Assembly: GCA_965200245.1 (NCBI GenBank)
Contig: CBDATS010000005.1
Location: 320,001 to 384,000 of the forward strand
Direction of reading: 5' to 3'
DNA: 64,000 nucleotides
DNA from: a bacterium
GTDB lineage: Bacteria > UBA8248
Shown: one piece after another, positions 31,427-41,971 of the stretch
Layout of the letters: the number at the start of each line of letters is the position of its first letter
Numbering within the stretch: position 1 is the first letter of the stretch
Program-made: the position numbers and the translations under genes
The notes under the pieces: model-generated
What the model was told of the DNA's origin: nothing
Database searches by the model: none
The model's input: the letters and a program-made list of their open reading frames with translations, nothing else

Positions 31427-32386
31427 TTGAACAAGGAAAGAACACTTTTCCTCATCGTGGCCGTCGTGCTGATCATCGGATCATTCGTCATCACGACCCA
31501 GATGGAGAACCGCTTCTACTACAAGGCAGCCTACGTCGTCTTGCAGTATGTCGTCCTGGCGACTGCATGGAATATCCTAGGCGGCTACACCGGATATGTA
31601 AACTTCGGCACCGCGGCTTTCTTCGCTATGGGCGCCTACACCGCTGTGGCACTCATCAAGACATGGAAGCCACCCCTGTACGTTCTGCTCGTCACAGGGG
31701 GCCTTGTTTCGGGACTTCTGGGGCTCGGTATCGGCTACCTCACTTTAAGACTCAAGGGTGTCTTCTTTTCCATCGCCACGCTCGCGCTGGCTGTCGTGCT
31801 CCAGATGCTCATCTCGAACTGGAGTTACGTGGGCGGGGGTGCGGGCACGGCCATACTGAAACCCAGGAGTGTGCCGCTGTTCTCGAACTACGACGAGTTC
31901 CTCTTTTTCGTCATGGCGGCGCTCGCTGTGGTCTCCGTGGCCATCGCCTGGCTCATCGAGAAATCCTGGGTCGGACGGGGGATGGCCGCCATTCGTGACA
32001 ACGAAGACGCAGCCGAGTGCATGGGCGTGCCCATTCTGAAACTCAAGCTGTTCGCCACCACAGTGAGTGGCGCACTGATGGGTATCGCGGGCGCTCCGTT
32101 CTCCTATTTCGTCGTCTACATTGAACCCACCTCGGCGTTTCACCTCGACTACGCGGTGAACAGTCTCGCCATGCCCATGATCGGCGGCACGACCAGCTGG
32201 CTTGGCCCGCTCATCGGGGCGGTGCTGGTGGGTACGGCCCAGCAGATCGCCACCGTCACTCTCTCCGCCGAGATGAACCTGCTCATCGTGGGCAGTCTGC
32301 TCGTGGGTTTCGTGGTCTTCGCTCCAGACGGCCTTGTGGGACTCTTCGACAAGATTCGCGCGCGCCTCGCGGGGAAGGAGGCATGA
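31427..32386 (+). CDS. BCAA ABC transporter permease (LivM-like)
   Basis: WNILGGYTGYVNFG, LRLKGVFFSIATLA and AIRDNEDAA; TTG start inferred. Confidence 0.9.
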   Translation: MNKERTLFLIVAVVLIIGSFVITTQMENRFYYKAAYVVLQYVVLATAWNILGGYTGYVNFGTAAFFAMGAYTAVALIKTWKPPLYVLLVTGGLVSGLLGLGIGYLTLRLKGVFFSIATLALAVVLQMLISNWSYVGGGAGTAILKPRSVPLFSNYDEFLFFVMAALAVVSVAIAWLIEKSWVGRGMAAIRDNEDAAECMGVPILKLKLFATTVSGALMGIAGAPFSYFVVYIEPTSAFHLDYAVNSLAMPMIGGTTSWLGPLIGAVLVGTAQQIATVTLSAEMNLLIVGSLLVGFVVFAPDGLVGLFDKIRARLAGKEA

Positions 32387-33111
32387 TGAGCGAAAATCTC
32401 CTCGACGTGCAAGGCGTTACGAAACGATTCGGCGGATTCAGCGCCCTCACCAAAGTCGATTTGCACGTGAAGGAAAACGAGCGCTTCGGCCTCATCGGCC
32501 CCAACGGCTCGGGCAAGACGACGATGATCAACTGCATCTCGGGCGCATTCGCGAACGACGAGGGCAATATCGTGTTCGCAGACCACGACATTACCCGGAT
32601 GCCCGCCTACCAGCGCACACGGCTGGGTATTGCGCGCAGTTTCCAGATCCCCAAGCCCTTCGTCAGCATGACGGTGCTTGAGAACCTCTGCATACCGCTC
32701 GAATACGCTGCCCACCAGCGCTTCCATGGGGCAGAGTTGCGCGGCGAGGCCATGGAGATACTCGAAATCATGGGCCTTGCGGACAAGGCCGAAGTGCGCA
32801 CCGGCGGACTGACCCAGATCGAACTGAGAAAGCTCGAACTCGCGCGCGCTATGGCGGCTAAGCCGAGGCTCCTCATATCGGACGAGGCCATGGCCGGCCT
32901 TTCCAACGCCGAGGTGGATGACATTCTCGAAATTCTCGTACGCCTGAATGAACAGGGCCTCACCGTCATCATGATCGAGCACATTATGCGGGCTGTCATG
33001 AGTTTTTCCGAACGCATCGTCGTCCTCGACGCTGGCGAGAAGATCGCCGAGGGGACGCCCGATGAGATCATCAACAACAAGGACGTGGAAAGGGCCTACC
33101 TTGGCGCATAG
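32383..33111 (+). CDS. BCAA ABC transporter ATP-binding protein (LivG-like)
   Basis: Walker A GPNGSGKTT, IEHIM and AYLG end. Confidence 0.93.
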   Translation: MMSENLLDVQGVTKRFGGFSALTKVDLHVKENERFGLIGPNGSGKTTMINCISGAFANDEGNIVFADHDITRMPAYQRTRLGIARSFQIPKPFVSMTVLENLCIPLEYAAHQRFHGAELRGEAMEILEIMGLADKAEVRTGGLTQIELRKLELARAMAAKPRLLISDEAMAGLSNAEVDDILEILVRLNEQGLTVIMIEHIMRAVMSFSERIVVLDAGEKIAEGTPDEIINNKDVERAYLGA

Positions 33112-33832
33112 CATCGTCGTCGACAACGTATCCGCGGGCTACGGAGCCGTTCGCGTACTGCACGGAGTTTCTGTTGAGGTCAAGGACGGAGAGACCGTGG
33201 TGCTTCTAGGCACCAACGGCAACGGCAAAAGCACCCTCATCAAGTGCATCATGGGAATTATCCAGCCCGATGAGGGCGATATCTATCTGGAAACGGACGA
33301 CGGGCGTATCAGTCTGACAGGCAAGAAACCCGAGGAAATCGTGAACTTGGGCGTTGCGCTCGTGCCCGAGGGCAGGCGCCTGTTCCCGCGTCTGACGGTG
33401 GAGGAGAACCTCCTGCTTGGTGCCTACCGCGAAGAGGCGCGGCGTGGCATCGACCGCAACCTCGCCTTCTCCTTCGAGGCCTTTCCTGTTCTTGCCGAGC
33501 GCAAGAACCAGCTCGCAGGCAGCATGAGCGGGGGTGAGCAACAAATGCTCGCCGTAGCCCGCGCGCTGATGTCCGCGCCCAAGGTACTTCTGGTGGACGA
33601 ACCCTCCGTTGGCCTCGCGCCCATACTCGTGAACCGGGTGATCGCCAAGATCCGCGAACTTAAGGAAGAATACAATCTCACCGTCCTCATGGCCGAGCAG
33701 AACTTCAATCAAGCGGTCAAGATAGCGGACAGGGGTTACATCATCGTGCACGGGGAGATCGCATTTGCGGGCGAGAGCACAGAAGCCCTCGTCGGCCACG
33801 AACTCGTGAAGAAATACTACCTTGGCGTATGA
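33101..33832 (+). CDS. BCAA ABC transporter ATP-binding protein (LivF-like)
   Basis: GTNGNGKST, MSGGEQQM and LLVDEPS; TTG start inferred. Confidence 0.92.
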   Translation: MAHSIVVDNVSAGYGAVRVLHGVSVEVKDGETVVLLGTNGNGKSTLIKCIMGIIQPDEGDIYLETDDGRISLTGKKPEEIVNLGVALVPEGRRLFPRLTVEENLLLGAYREEARRGIDRNLAFSFEAFPVLAERKNQLAGSMSGGEQQMLAVARALMSAPKVLLVDEPSVGLAPILVNRVIAKIRELKEEYNLTVLMAEQNFNQAVKIADRGYIIVHGEIAFAGESTEALVGHELVKKYYLGV

Positions 33833-34120
33833 AGGGGCGGGATACGAGCATCGCCCCCTCTCGCTGGAGACGTGACATCTGACGGCGGAAAAGCCCCCGC
33901 AACCCACAAATACCCTCAACCCAGGCTTTCTGTTGGGTGACTTTCTGTCGAGGTCGATTTCAAGGGACCCGGGTTTGCAGTTCATTTCTGCCGTATGCTC
34001 CCGCGCCAACGAACTGACTTGCATCCCGGACAAATTGCGTAATGTGCCGAAAGCGGAGTAACGCGCGACTACCCTATTCCTCGAAATGCCCGATTCAGCG
34101 GGTTCACCTGCATTCCGTAC

Positions 34121-34552
34121 TCAATATCCCATGTCCCTGGCGGGGATGTCGGAGGCCACCTGGATCACGATGCCCTCGGTCTCATCGGGGTGCAGGAAGA
34201 GAATCTCGTATCCCCTGGGGGTGTAGGTTCCCGGACCAAAACCGTCGAGAAACTTTACGCCGCTGTCCGTGAAGTGTTTGCCGGCTGCGCCCGTATCAGG
34301 TGTTGAGAGCGCGATGTGCGAAAGACAGGGGCCCCCGTTTCGCTCGAGCATCTTCGTGTAGTGGTTCTCCGGGTCGTAAGGCTGCATGATCTCGATTTCC
34401 ACGTCGCCCATACGCAAAAACGTGGCGTGCGCCCAGCCGGTGTCGGCCACCTGAACCCGGTTCGGCTCGCAACCGAGCTTTTCCTGGAACATTTTCGTCG
34501 TTCGTTCCATGTCGTCCGTGATGAGGCCCACGTGATGAATCTTTTTGAACAT
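34121..34552 (-). CDS. VOC family protein (methylmalonyl-CoA epimerase-like)
   Basis: IHHVG, IEIMQP, LSHIAL and FLHPDETEGIVIQ. Confidence 0.82.
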   Translation of the reverse strand: MFKKIHHVGLITDDMERTTKMFQEKLGCEPNRVQVADTGWAHATFLRMGDVEIEIMQPYDPENHYTKMLERNGGPCLSHIALSTPDTGAAGKHFTDSGVKFLDGFGPGTYTPRGYEILFLHPDETEGIVIQVASDIPARDMGY

Positions 34553-34777
34553 TGTAATACTCCCTGAAAGATGAAGGTTCCATGTATGATGACAGATGAC
34601 GTCACGTGAAAGCCGCATCGGGAGAAAACGACTCACCGCAAGACCCGGCATAGAGACACACCCACCCGAAAATGTCAAAAAGATCGCGCCTGGCCGCGCG
34701 ATTTCCCGGCTCCGAACACACCGTCATCGAAACCGCAAATTACGGAGCAAATGAAAACTCTACCGGTTTTTTGCTCG

Positions 34778-34806
34778 TTGACACACAGATGACAAGATTC
34801 TATGCT
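34778..34806 (+). promoter_or_regulatory. Sigma70-type promoter for the second ABC transporter operon
   Basis: TTGACA-N17-TATGCT about 90 nt upstream of the ATG. Confidence 0.65.
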
Positions 34807-34892
34807 TTTGGCCTCGAGACATACTCAAGAGGTATTGGTATCTGCACATATCGCTTCTTCATGCCATTCATTCACCACAAGGAGGAATATTC

Positions 34893-36179
34893 ATGAGTCG
34901 TTTGGGCAGAAGAAAATTCCTGAAAGGCGCAGGCCTCATAGGTGGCATCGTGGCCGCACAGACGGCACCCCCGTTTCTGAAAGAGGGCCTCGGCGCCCGC
35001 CCGATCAAGTGGGGCTCCATCCACCCGACGACGGGCCCCTACTCCACCGAGGCTTTCGACCAGGTGGAGGGCGTGAAAGTAGCCATCGAGGACGTCAACA
35101 AGGAAGGTGGCGTGGACGGGCGCCAAGTCAAACTGTTCTTCCGTGACGATCAGTTCAAATGGGATCAGACCACCACTCACGCGCTCGATCTGATCGACAA
35201 CCACAGGGTTGATTTCATCGCGGGCTCGATGGTCGGCCCCGAGGAAATCCGCCTCAACGAGTTCTCGCGCAAGCGCAAGATCATCTATGCGAACTATCCC
35301 CAGCACATCTTGTCCACCCCGGGAAACGCGAACAAGATGTCGCCTCTGTTCTTTACAGCGAACACCACGCCGTACCAGTTGGCAGCGAGTTCGCTCACCT
35401 ATATCGCACAGAACAAGATTGGCAAGAAGATTCACTGCCTGTTCGACGACTACATCTGGCCCAAGATGTTCATCCCCGCCTTCAGCAAGCTGACAAAGGA
35501 CTTCAACCTCACGTGGAACGCAAATACATCCGTCTCCTGGGTGCCCTTCCCGACCTCGATGGATTATTCGGCGACATTCCCGAGAATCCTGAAGGAAAAG
35601 CCCGACGTCCTCTATGTGCTCTGCTGGGGACAACGCCAGGTCGCCTTCGTGAAGCAGGCGCGCGAAGCCGGTCTGGACAAGAAAGTGAAGATCGTGCTTG
35701 GCGCCACCGAGATCACCATCCCCGAGGCCGCCGGTCCGGGTTCCTATGAAGGCTTCAACGCGGCGATCATGTGGCACCCCACCCTCGGCAGCAAGTATCC
35801 GGCCGCCAAGAAACTGAATGACAAGTTCCTGGCACGCCGCAAGCGTCCGTGCTCGAGTTACGGTATGCTGGCCCACGATCTCACAAGGCTGATCCTGGAC
35901 ACGGCGAAAGAGACGAAACTCTACAAGCGCCGCGACCACTTCAAGCTCGCAAAGGTGCTCGAAGGCAAGAAGTTCCAGTACAGCAAGGGCGAGTGCCAGA
36001 TTCGCGCCTGCGATCACGTCTGCATCTCAGAGGTTTTCGTGCTGCGCGGCAAGTCCAAGTCCGAGATGAAACATCCCATCGACCACCTTGAGGTGATCGG
36101 TTCCTCAAGCGGCGAAGGCAACACCGTCTCCTGTGAGGCAAAAGGCCTGAAAGTCCCCGCCAGCGAAAGGAAAGTCTAG
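34893..36179 (+). CDS. BCAA-type ABC transporter substrate-binding protein with Tat signal
   Basis: SRLGRRKFLK twin-arginine signal; VNKEGGVDGRQVKL and IRACDH; AAGGAGG RBS. Confidence 0.9.
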   Translation: MSRLGRRKFLKGAGLIGGIVAAQTAPPFLKEGLGARPIKWGSIHPTTGPYSTEAFDQVEGVKVAIEDVNKEGGVDGRQVKLFFRDDQFKWDQTTTHALDLIDNHRVDFIAGSMVGPEEIRLNEFSRKRKIIYANYPQHILSTPGNANKMSPLFFTANTTPYQLAASSLTYIAQNKIGKKIHCLFDDYIWPKMFIPAFSKLTKDFNLTWNANTSVSWVPFPTSMDYSATFPRILKEKPDVLYVLCWGQRQVAFVKQAREAGLDKKVKIVLGATEITIPEAAGPGSYEGFNAAIMWHPTLGSKYPAAKKLNDKFLARRKRPCSSYGMLAHDLTRLILDTAKETKLYKRRDHFKLAKVLEGKKFQYSKGECQIRACDHVCISEVFVLRGKSKSEMKHPIDHLEVIGSSSGEGNTVSCEAKGLKVPASERKV

Positions 36180-36213
36180 GATCAGGCGCTGGAAGCGCCA
36201 CCGAAACGTCCTC

Positions 36214-36247
36214 CCGGGCGACCGGAAATCCGGTCGCCCGGTCTTTT
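36214..36247 (+). terminator. Terminator/attenuating hairpin after the SBP gene
   Basis: ccgggcgaccgg-aaat-ccggtcgcccgg followed by tctttt. Confidence 0.75.
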
Positions 36248-36326
36248 CCCCAAGGGGTTTGACAAAGGGGGCGTTTCATCCTAGACATTGCACTCTTGCG
36301 ACTTCCCCGTTCTCAAGGAGCGTGTT

Positions 36327-37307
36327 TTGCCAACCGGCGGCGTCGAGTTTTCGGAGTTCGTCCAGCATCTGTTCCTAGGTCTGGTGCAGGGCTCCTTCTG
36401 GATACTCCTGGCCCTAGGGCTATCGATCATTTTCGGGCTGATGGGCATAATCAATTTCGGCCACGGTGCCTTCTACATGCTGGGCGCGTACGTGGGCTTC
36501 ACCGTCTCGGACCTTGTTTTCTCGCCGTTTCTCGGACCGAACGCGGGCTTTATCATGGCCCTCGCCTCCGTGCCCATCGTCATGTTCGCCCTCGGGATGG
36601 TTTTTGAAAAATACGTAATCAGCAGGATATACAACACCGAAAACGAACGATTCTCAGGCGTGCTTATCATGTTCGGCATGTCCATCTTCCTGCCGGACTT
36701 CGTGCGTTTTCTCTGGGGCAGGCCGGGAAAGCCCTTCAACATTCCGCCGATGTTCGAGTTCTCGCTCTTCAAGACGGGCACGCTCGATATAACGGCCTAC
36801 AGGAGCTTCACCATCATCACCGCGGCGATTCTCGTAGCCCTTCTCTGGGTACTCATCTACAAGACGAACCTGGGCATGATGATCCGCGCGGGCACGAACA
36901 ACAACACGATGGTGAAGGTTCTGGGCATCAACGTCTCGCGCATCTGGAGGCTCACGTTCGGGCTGGGCATCGCCCTGGCGGGTTTTTCCGGCGTGATGAT
37001 TGCCCCCCTGTTCGCGGTGGACGCCACGATGGGCGAACTGATTCTGGTGCAGACCTTCATCGTCGTCGTGGTCGGTGGCATGGGGAGCTTCATCGGCCCG
37101 GTGATCGGCGGTTTGATTCTGGGCCAGCTATGGGCGCTTACGCCACTGGTAGGCAGAACCCAGTATGTGGTCCAGAACTGGACGGGTACGGTGATTGGCC
37201 CCGACTTTTGGGAAAAGGCGTCCGACATCCTGCTCTTCATCATGATGGCGGTGATACTTCTCTTGCGGCCAAGAGGGTTGTTCGGCCAGGAAGGCGCTTT
37301 TGACTAA
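36327..37307 (+). CDS. BCAA ABC transporter permease (LivH-like)
   Basis: GLSIIFGLMGIINFGHG and VVVVGGMGS; TTG after AAGGAG. Confidence 0.9.
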   Translation: MPTGGVEFSEFVQHLFLGLVQGSFWILLALGLSIIFGLMGIINFGHGAFYMLGAYVGFTVSDLVFSPFLGPNAGFIMALASVPIVMFALGMVFEKYVISRIYNTENERFSGVLIMFGMSIFLPDFVRFLWGRPGKPFNIPPMFEFSLFKTGTLDITAYRSFTIITAAILVALLWVLIYKTNLGMMIRAGTNNNTMVKVLGINVSRIWRLTFGLGIALAGFSGVMIAPLFAVDATMGELILVQTFIVVVVGGMGSFIGPVIGGLILGQLWALTPLVGRTQYVVQNWTGTVIGPDFWEKASDILLFIMMAVILLLRPRGLFGQEGAFD

Positions 37308-37339
37308 GAATCCTTTTCGTCTCGGGAGAGATTGCTAAA

Positions 37340-38542
37340 GTGGACGCAGCGGCTCCAAAAAACCGATTCACGCCCAAAGAGTTCTGGGCCTGGATCGCGG
37401 AAATTTTCGACAACTACGGCATCCTGATTCTCGCCGTCGTACTGGTGATTTACCCATTCCTGTTCGACGCCTTGAACGAATCGATCATCTGGTTCGAGGA
37501 CAATGACTGGGAGGCGACTGCCGAGGTTGTCGCGGAGATTCGCGGCTTCGTACCGAGCACGCCGCTGATGATCCAGATTCTCATCTATACGCTGTTCGGC
37601 GTCGCCTTCAACATCCTGCTCGGCAACACGGGAATGCTCAGCCTCGGCCACTGCGCCTTCTTCGGCGTGGGCGGCTACACCGTGGGCATCATGCATGCCT
37701 GGATCAAGCCGGGCACCTACGCTCCCGACTGGATGGTCAGCTTCTTCAAGATACTACCGCTTGAGATCTCGCTCATCACCTGCATCGTCGTCTCTACCTT
37801 CGTCGCATGGCTCATCGGAACGATTTGCAGCACAAAGCGCGGCGTATACTTCGCCATGGTCACACTTTCAATCAGCATGATCTTTTACTACTCCGCGCAG
37901 ACGTTCGACGATCTTACGGGTGGAACGGACGGACTGGGCGGTCTCGAGAACATGCGGCTGGGCTCTATCGGCCTGCGCGTGGGCATCATGGACGCGAACA
38001 TTACCTATTATTTCGTCTACATCCTTAGCGTCGTCTTCATTGCAGCCATCTGGCAGGTCCTTCGTTCGCCGTTCGGCCATGTACTCAGGGCTGTTCGCGA
38101 AAACGAGAATCGCGCGCGCATCTGCGGTTACGACGTGGCGAAGGTGCGGCTCATGGCGTTCACGATGAGCGGGGCCATTTCGGGAATCGCGGGAGCACTG
38201 GCCATCATCTACGGCGAGACCGTACCGATCGAGAACATCCATTTCATCACCTCGGGCCAGATCGTCATCATCACCTTGTTCGGAGGTGCGGGCACCTTCC
38301 TGGGGCCTGCGGTGGGTTCTTTCATCTACTGGTACCTCAGGCAGTTAATGAGCGTGGAGTTTGTCAAATACCTCGCCATCTTCCAGTACTGGGAAGCGTG
38401 GGTGGGCGGCATCTTTGTACTGATCGTGCTCTTCGTCCCCTCGGGAATTCTGGGCACCATCCGCAATATGACGGTCGAGTACCGAGAGAAAAAATTCATA
38501 GAAAAACAGGCCACGACCGAAGCCACTGTCGAGCAGGAATAA
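37340..38542 (+). CDS. BCAA ABC transporter permease (LivM-like)
   Basis: FNILLGNTGMLSLGH, RGVYFAMVTL and AVRENENRA. Confidence 0.9.
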   Translation: MDAAAPKNRFTPKEFWAWIAEIFDNYGILILAVVLVIYPFLFDALNESIIWFEDNDWEATAEVVAEIRGFVPSTPLMIQILIYTLFGVAFNILLGNTGMLSLGHCAFFGVGGYTVGIMHAWIKPGTYAPDWMVSFFKILPLEISLITCIVVSTFVAWLIGTICSTKRGVYFAMVTLSISMIFYYSAQTFDDLTGGTDGLGGLENMRLGSIGLRVGIMDANITYYFVYILSVVFIAAIWQVLRSPFGHVLRAVRENENRARICGYDVAKVRLMAFTMSGAISGIAGALAIIYGETVPIENIHFITSGQIVIITLFGGAGTFLGPAVGSFIYWYLRQLMSVEFVKYLAIFQYWEAWVGGIFVLIVLFVPSGILGTIRNMTVEYREKKFIEKQATTEATVEQE

Positions 38543-38554
38543 CGGAAAGACAAT

Positions 38555-39289
38555 ATGCCTATTCTGGAAACCAGGAGCCTGAGCAAACACTTTGATGCCC
38601 TTATCGCCGTGGATAGCGTGGATTATTCGGTCGAGTCCGGCGAACTGCGTTCTATTATCGGTCCCAACGGCGCGGGCAAAACGACCTTCTTCAACATGAT
38701 CGCAGGCGACCTGGTTCCCACCTCGGGGCAGGTGGTCTTCGATGGACAGGACGTATCGGAAATCCCGGCCCATGAACGCTCCCATTTGGGAATCGGTCGC
38801 ACCTACCAGATCACCAACATTTTCCCGAAACTGAGCGTGCTGGAGAACATCCGCATCGCTGCGCAGTCGCGAAAGACCACTTTCAACCTGTGGTCGACCA
38901 TCCTAGGCCACAGAGAACTGATCGACAAGGCAGACGAAATCCTCGAGCGCATCAACCTGACGGAAAAACGCGACGAACTCGCCGGCACGCTTGCACACGG
39001 CGAGCAGCGCTATCTCGAAATCGGAATCGCACTCGCCACCGACCCCAAGCTGCTCCTGCTGGATGAGCCGACGGCTGGCATGAGTCCCGAAGAGACGCTG
39101 CAGACGGGCGAGTTCATCAAGAACCTGGCCGATCCGCTCACCATAGTGCTCGTGGAGCACGACATGGAGGTAGTGCTGGGCATTTCGGACAAGATTACCG
39201 TACTGCACCACGGTGCCTTTCTAGCCGAGGGCACAGTGGAGGAAGTTCGCGCGAACGCCGAGGTTCAGCGCGTATATTTGAGGGAATAA
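38555..39289 (+). CDS. BCAA ABC transporter ATP-binding protein (LivG-like)
   Basis: GPNGAGKTT, LAHGEQR and LLLDEPTAG. Confidence 0.93.
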   Translation: MPILETRSLSKHFDALIAVDSVDYSVESGELRSIIGPNGAGKTTFFNMIAGDLVPTSGQVVFDGQDVSEIPAHERSHLGIGRTYQITNIFPKLSVLENIRIAAQSRKTTFNLWSTILGHRELIDKADEILERINLTEKRDELAGTLAHGEQRYLEIGIALATDPKLLLLDEPTAGMSPEETLQTGEFIKNLADPLTIVLVEHDMEVVLGISDKITVLHHGAFLAEGTVEEVRANAEVQRVYLRE

Positions 39290-39993
39290 TGCTCGAAGTC
39301 GAATCAATCAACACATTCTACGGCCTGAGCCATGTACTTCACGACCTGAGCCTCAGGGTGGACGAAGGCGAGGCGGTGGCCTTCCTTGGCAGGAACGGGG
39401 CGGGCAAATCCACCACCATGAAGACGATCATGGGCCTCCTGACTCCCCGGAGCGGAAAGATTGCCATGGAGGGGCAGGACATCACCGAAGCGGAGGCTCA
39501 CACCGTCTCGCTCGCGGGGATTTCATGGATCCCCGAGGATCGCCAGGTGTTCACGAACCTCACGGTCTTCGAGAACCTGAAGATCAGCCGCATCCCCATC
39601 GACGGCGCCAAGGACCTCGACGCGCACCTCGACTGGATTTTTTCCCTCTTTCCGCGCCTCAAGGAGCGCATCAACAACAAGGGGAACCAGCTAAGCGGCG
39701 GCGAACAGCAAATGCTCACCATGGCACGCGGCCTTGGCACGGAGCCCAAGCTCATTATGGTGGACGAACCCACCGAGGGCCTCATGCCCGCCTACGTCGA
39801 AACCATTGAGAACGTGTTAATGGAAATCCAGAAAAAAGGCATCACCATCCTGCTCGTGGAGCAGAACTTCCGCATGGCACTCAGCATCACCAGACGAGCC
39901 TACCTCATCGAAAAAGGTGTCATCCAGTGGGAAGGTGCCTCGGCGGACCTCCTTGAAGACCAGGAAACCCGCATGCGGTATCTGGGCGTGTAG
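39289..39993 (+). CDS. BCAA ABC transporter ATP-binding protein (LivF-like)
   Basis: GRNGAGKST, LSGGEQQM and DEPTEG. Confidence 0.93.
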   Translation: MLEVESINTFYGLSHVLHDLSLRVDEGEAVAFLGRNGAGKSTTMKTIMGLLTPRSGKIAMEGQDITEAEAHTVSLAGISWIPEDRQVFTNLTVFENLKISRIPIDGAKDLDAHLDWIFSLFPRLKERINNKGNQLSGGEQQMLTMARGLGTEPKLIMVDEPTEGLMPAYVETIENVLMEIQKKGITILLVEQNFRMALSITRRAYLIEKGVIQWEGASADLLEDQETRMRYLGV

Positions 39994-40113
39994 ACGCAAC
40001 CACGGAGCAGTCAAACCCATCCAAAAGGACACAGGCAGGTCACCACCTGCCCCTACCATGTTACCCGTTGCCGACAAATGCGAGCGAAATTCCCGACCTC
40101 AATCCGACACCCC

Positions 40114-41454
40114 TTACCGCTCATCGACGAGGCGACGGGCCTTCACGTCACGCATAGGGTCGTGGATCACTCCCGGGTCCACGAATTCGAGAACGGGGCG
40201 TATCATCACCGCCCCTCGTACACGATCCGGCAAGGAGGCGCCAAGCCGTTCTCGCTCTGACTCCTCGGCTTCCAGGCGGATTACCATCTCGTCCATCGAA
40301 TCCACATCATCGGGCACAGACTTGCGGATTTGTATCTGAAATTCGCGAATTGTGCGTTCTTTCGCCAAAAGGTCGAAGACGATATCAGGGTTCATGAGCA
40401 TCCCGCGTACCTTGAGAAGATCGCCCGTCCGCCTCGGCAGACGCACGATGCGCTCACCCAGTCGCCCGCACAGCGGGCAAGGTTCCCACCTCAAGGCAAT
40501 CACGTCGCCGATGAGATAGCGCAGGAACACCGTGCCCCGGCGGTGCAAGTGTGTGAGGGCTATCGCTCCCTCTTCTCCTTCCTGCACGGGCGCACCCGTA
40601 TCGGGGTCGACGACTTCAAGCAGATAGAGCTCGGGTACGACGTTGTGCGGCATCGCGTCGTTCGCACACTGTACGAGACCGCCCTGCATCTCTGTAGCCG
40701 CGTAACGCACACGCACCTGCGGGTCGCGCGCCCCGAAATGGCGCAGATGATCCATATACTCCTCGCGCAGGGCATCGCTCACCGCCTCGCCCGTGGTCAG
40801 CACCATGCGCGCGCGGGAGAGTTCGATGTCGCGTTCGCGCGCTCTTCTCAGGAACCTGCGGACGAAACTCGGCACCCCCCAGATGACGGTGGCCCCCGAT
40901 TCAGACACAACGTTGATAGCTTCATCCAGCGAACGGCGCACGGGATATTCCGGATGGGGACTCCCTGTGAGCGCGCTTACTACCGGCAGTCCCATAATCT
41001 CCGCCGAGCGCACGCAGCACAAAAACCCGCCCAGGGGCATGGGCGAGAGCGGATAGAGATTGGCAATGACGTCCCCACTCTTCAACCCTTCCGCCTCGTT
41101 GCAGACCCGTGCCTGGAGCATAATGTGATACTGATCGTGTGTCGTATTGAAAAATGGAGACGGCCGCCCACTCGTGGTGCCCGTGGTGTAGGCCACGTTC
41201 CACATAGTTCGTTCCTCGAAGGAGAGTTCGGGCAACCAAGTGGGGTCGAGGCTGAAATCCTCGGGGGCCGCCATGAAGTCTTCTTTTTTCGTCAAGGGGA
41301 TTTTAGGGAGATCATCCAACGTCTTGATCGCCTCGGGAATCAGGTTCACCTCCGCAAAGCGGCGCTTGTAGAACGGGTGCGCCCGCCCGCACAGGGCGAC
41401 CATTTTGCGCAGGCGTTTTCTCCTGAGATCGCGCAGCGCGTCCAGATCGTTCAT
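40114..41454 (-). CDS. Phenylacetate-CoA ligase (PaaK-like) adenylate-forming enzyme
   Basis: YTTGTTSGRP, TTGE, RYAATE, RYLIGD and RTGDLLKVRG. Confidence 0.82.
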   Translation of the reverse strand: MNDLDALRDLRRKRLRKMVALCGRAHPFYKRRFAEVNLIPEAIKTLDDLPKIPLTKKEDFMAAPEDFSLDPTWLPELSFEERTMWNVAYTTGTTSGRPSPFFNTTHDQYHIMLQARVCNEAEGLKSGDVIANLYPLSPMPLGGFLCCVRSAEIMGLPVVSALTGSPHPEYPVRRSLDEAINVVSESGATVIWGVPSFVRRFLRRARERDIELSRARMVLTTGEAVSDALREEYMDHLRHFGARDPQVRVRYAATEMQGGLVQCANDAMPHNVVPELYLLEVVDPDTGAPVQEGEEGAIALTHLHRRGTVFLRYLIGDVIALRWEPCPLCGRLGERIVRLPRRTGDLLKVRGMLMNPDIVFDLLAKERTIREFQIQIRKSVPDDVDSMDEMVIRLEAEESERERLGASLPDRVRGAVMIRPVLEFVDPGVIHDPMRDVKARRLVDER

Positions 41455-41473
41455 CAGGTACCGTTCCTTCGCA

Positions 41474-41866
41474 CTAAAAGATGCCGGCCTTGCGCTGCAG
41501 CCAGCGCACGTATTGCACGATCAGGGCCACATCTTCCGGTTTCACACCCGGTACGGGGGCCATGTCACCGAATTTCCAGTGGTGGCTCTTTACTCCGCGC
41601 GAAACGGCCAGGAAAAAGGAACCGTCCCCGTGATGGGAGGGTTCATATATCTTGTGAACGAGAGGCGGACCGATTTTCGACCCACTGGCTTCGGGACCGT
41701 GGCATCGCATGCAGTTGCGCGAAAACAGCTTTTTCCCCTGATTGATTTGAGCCATATCCTGCGAAACGGGCACCTGAGGTCTCGGCGGATCGGGCCTCTT
41801 CGTCAACATAGCAATAGCAACAAACCCGACTGCCAGAAAAAGCCCCGCCGCGAACGCCCGTCTCAT
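41474..41866 (-). CDS. Monoheme cytochrome c
   Basis: Signal/anchor peptide; CMRCH, GPPLVHKIYEPSHH and HHWKFGDM. Confidence 0.9.
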   Translation of the reverse strand: MRRAFAAGLFLAVGFVAIAMLTKRPDPPRPQVPVSQDMAQINQGKKLFSRNCMRCHGPEASGSKIGPPLVHKIYEPSHHGDGSFFLAVSRGVKSHHWKFGDMAPVPGVKPEDVALIVQYVRWLQRKAGIF

Positions 41867-41971
41867 CGTCCGATCCCTTTCCAGGTAAACAGCAAAATAA
41901 AGAGCGCCTCACCGCTCTCGAAACTCGAATCGCCCGCATGAAAACCTGTTCCCGAGGCGAGCCGGGACAGC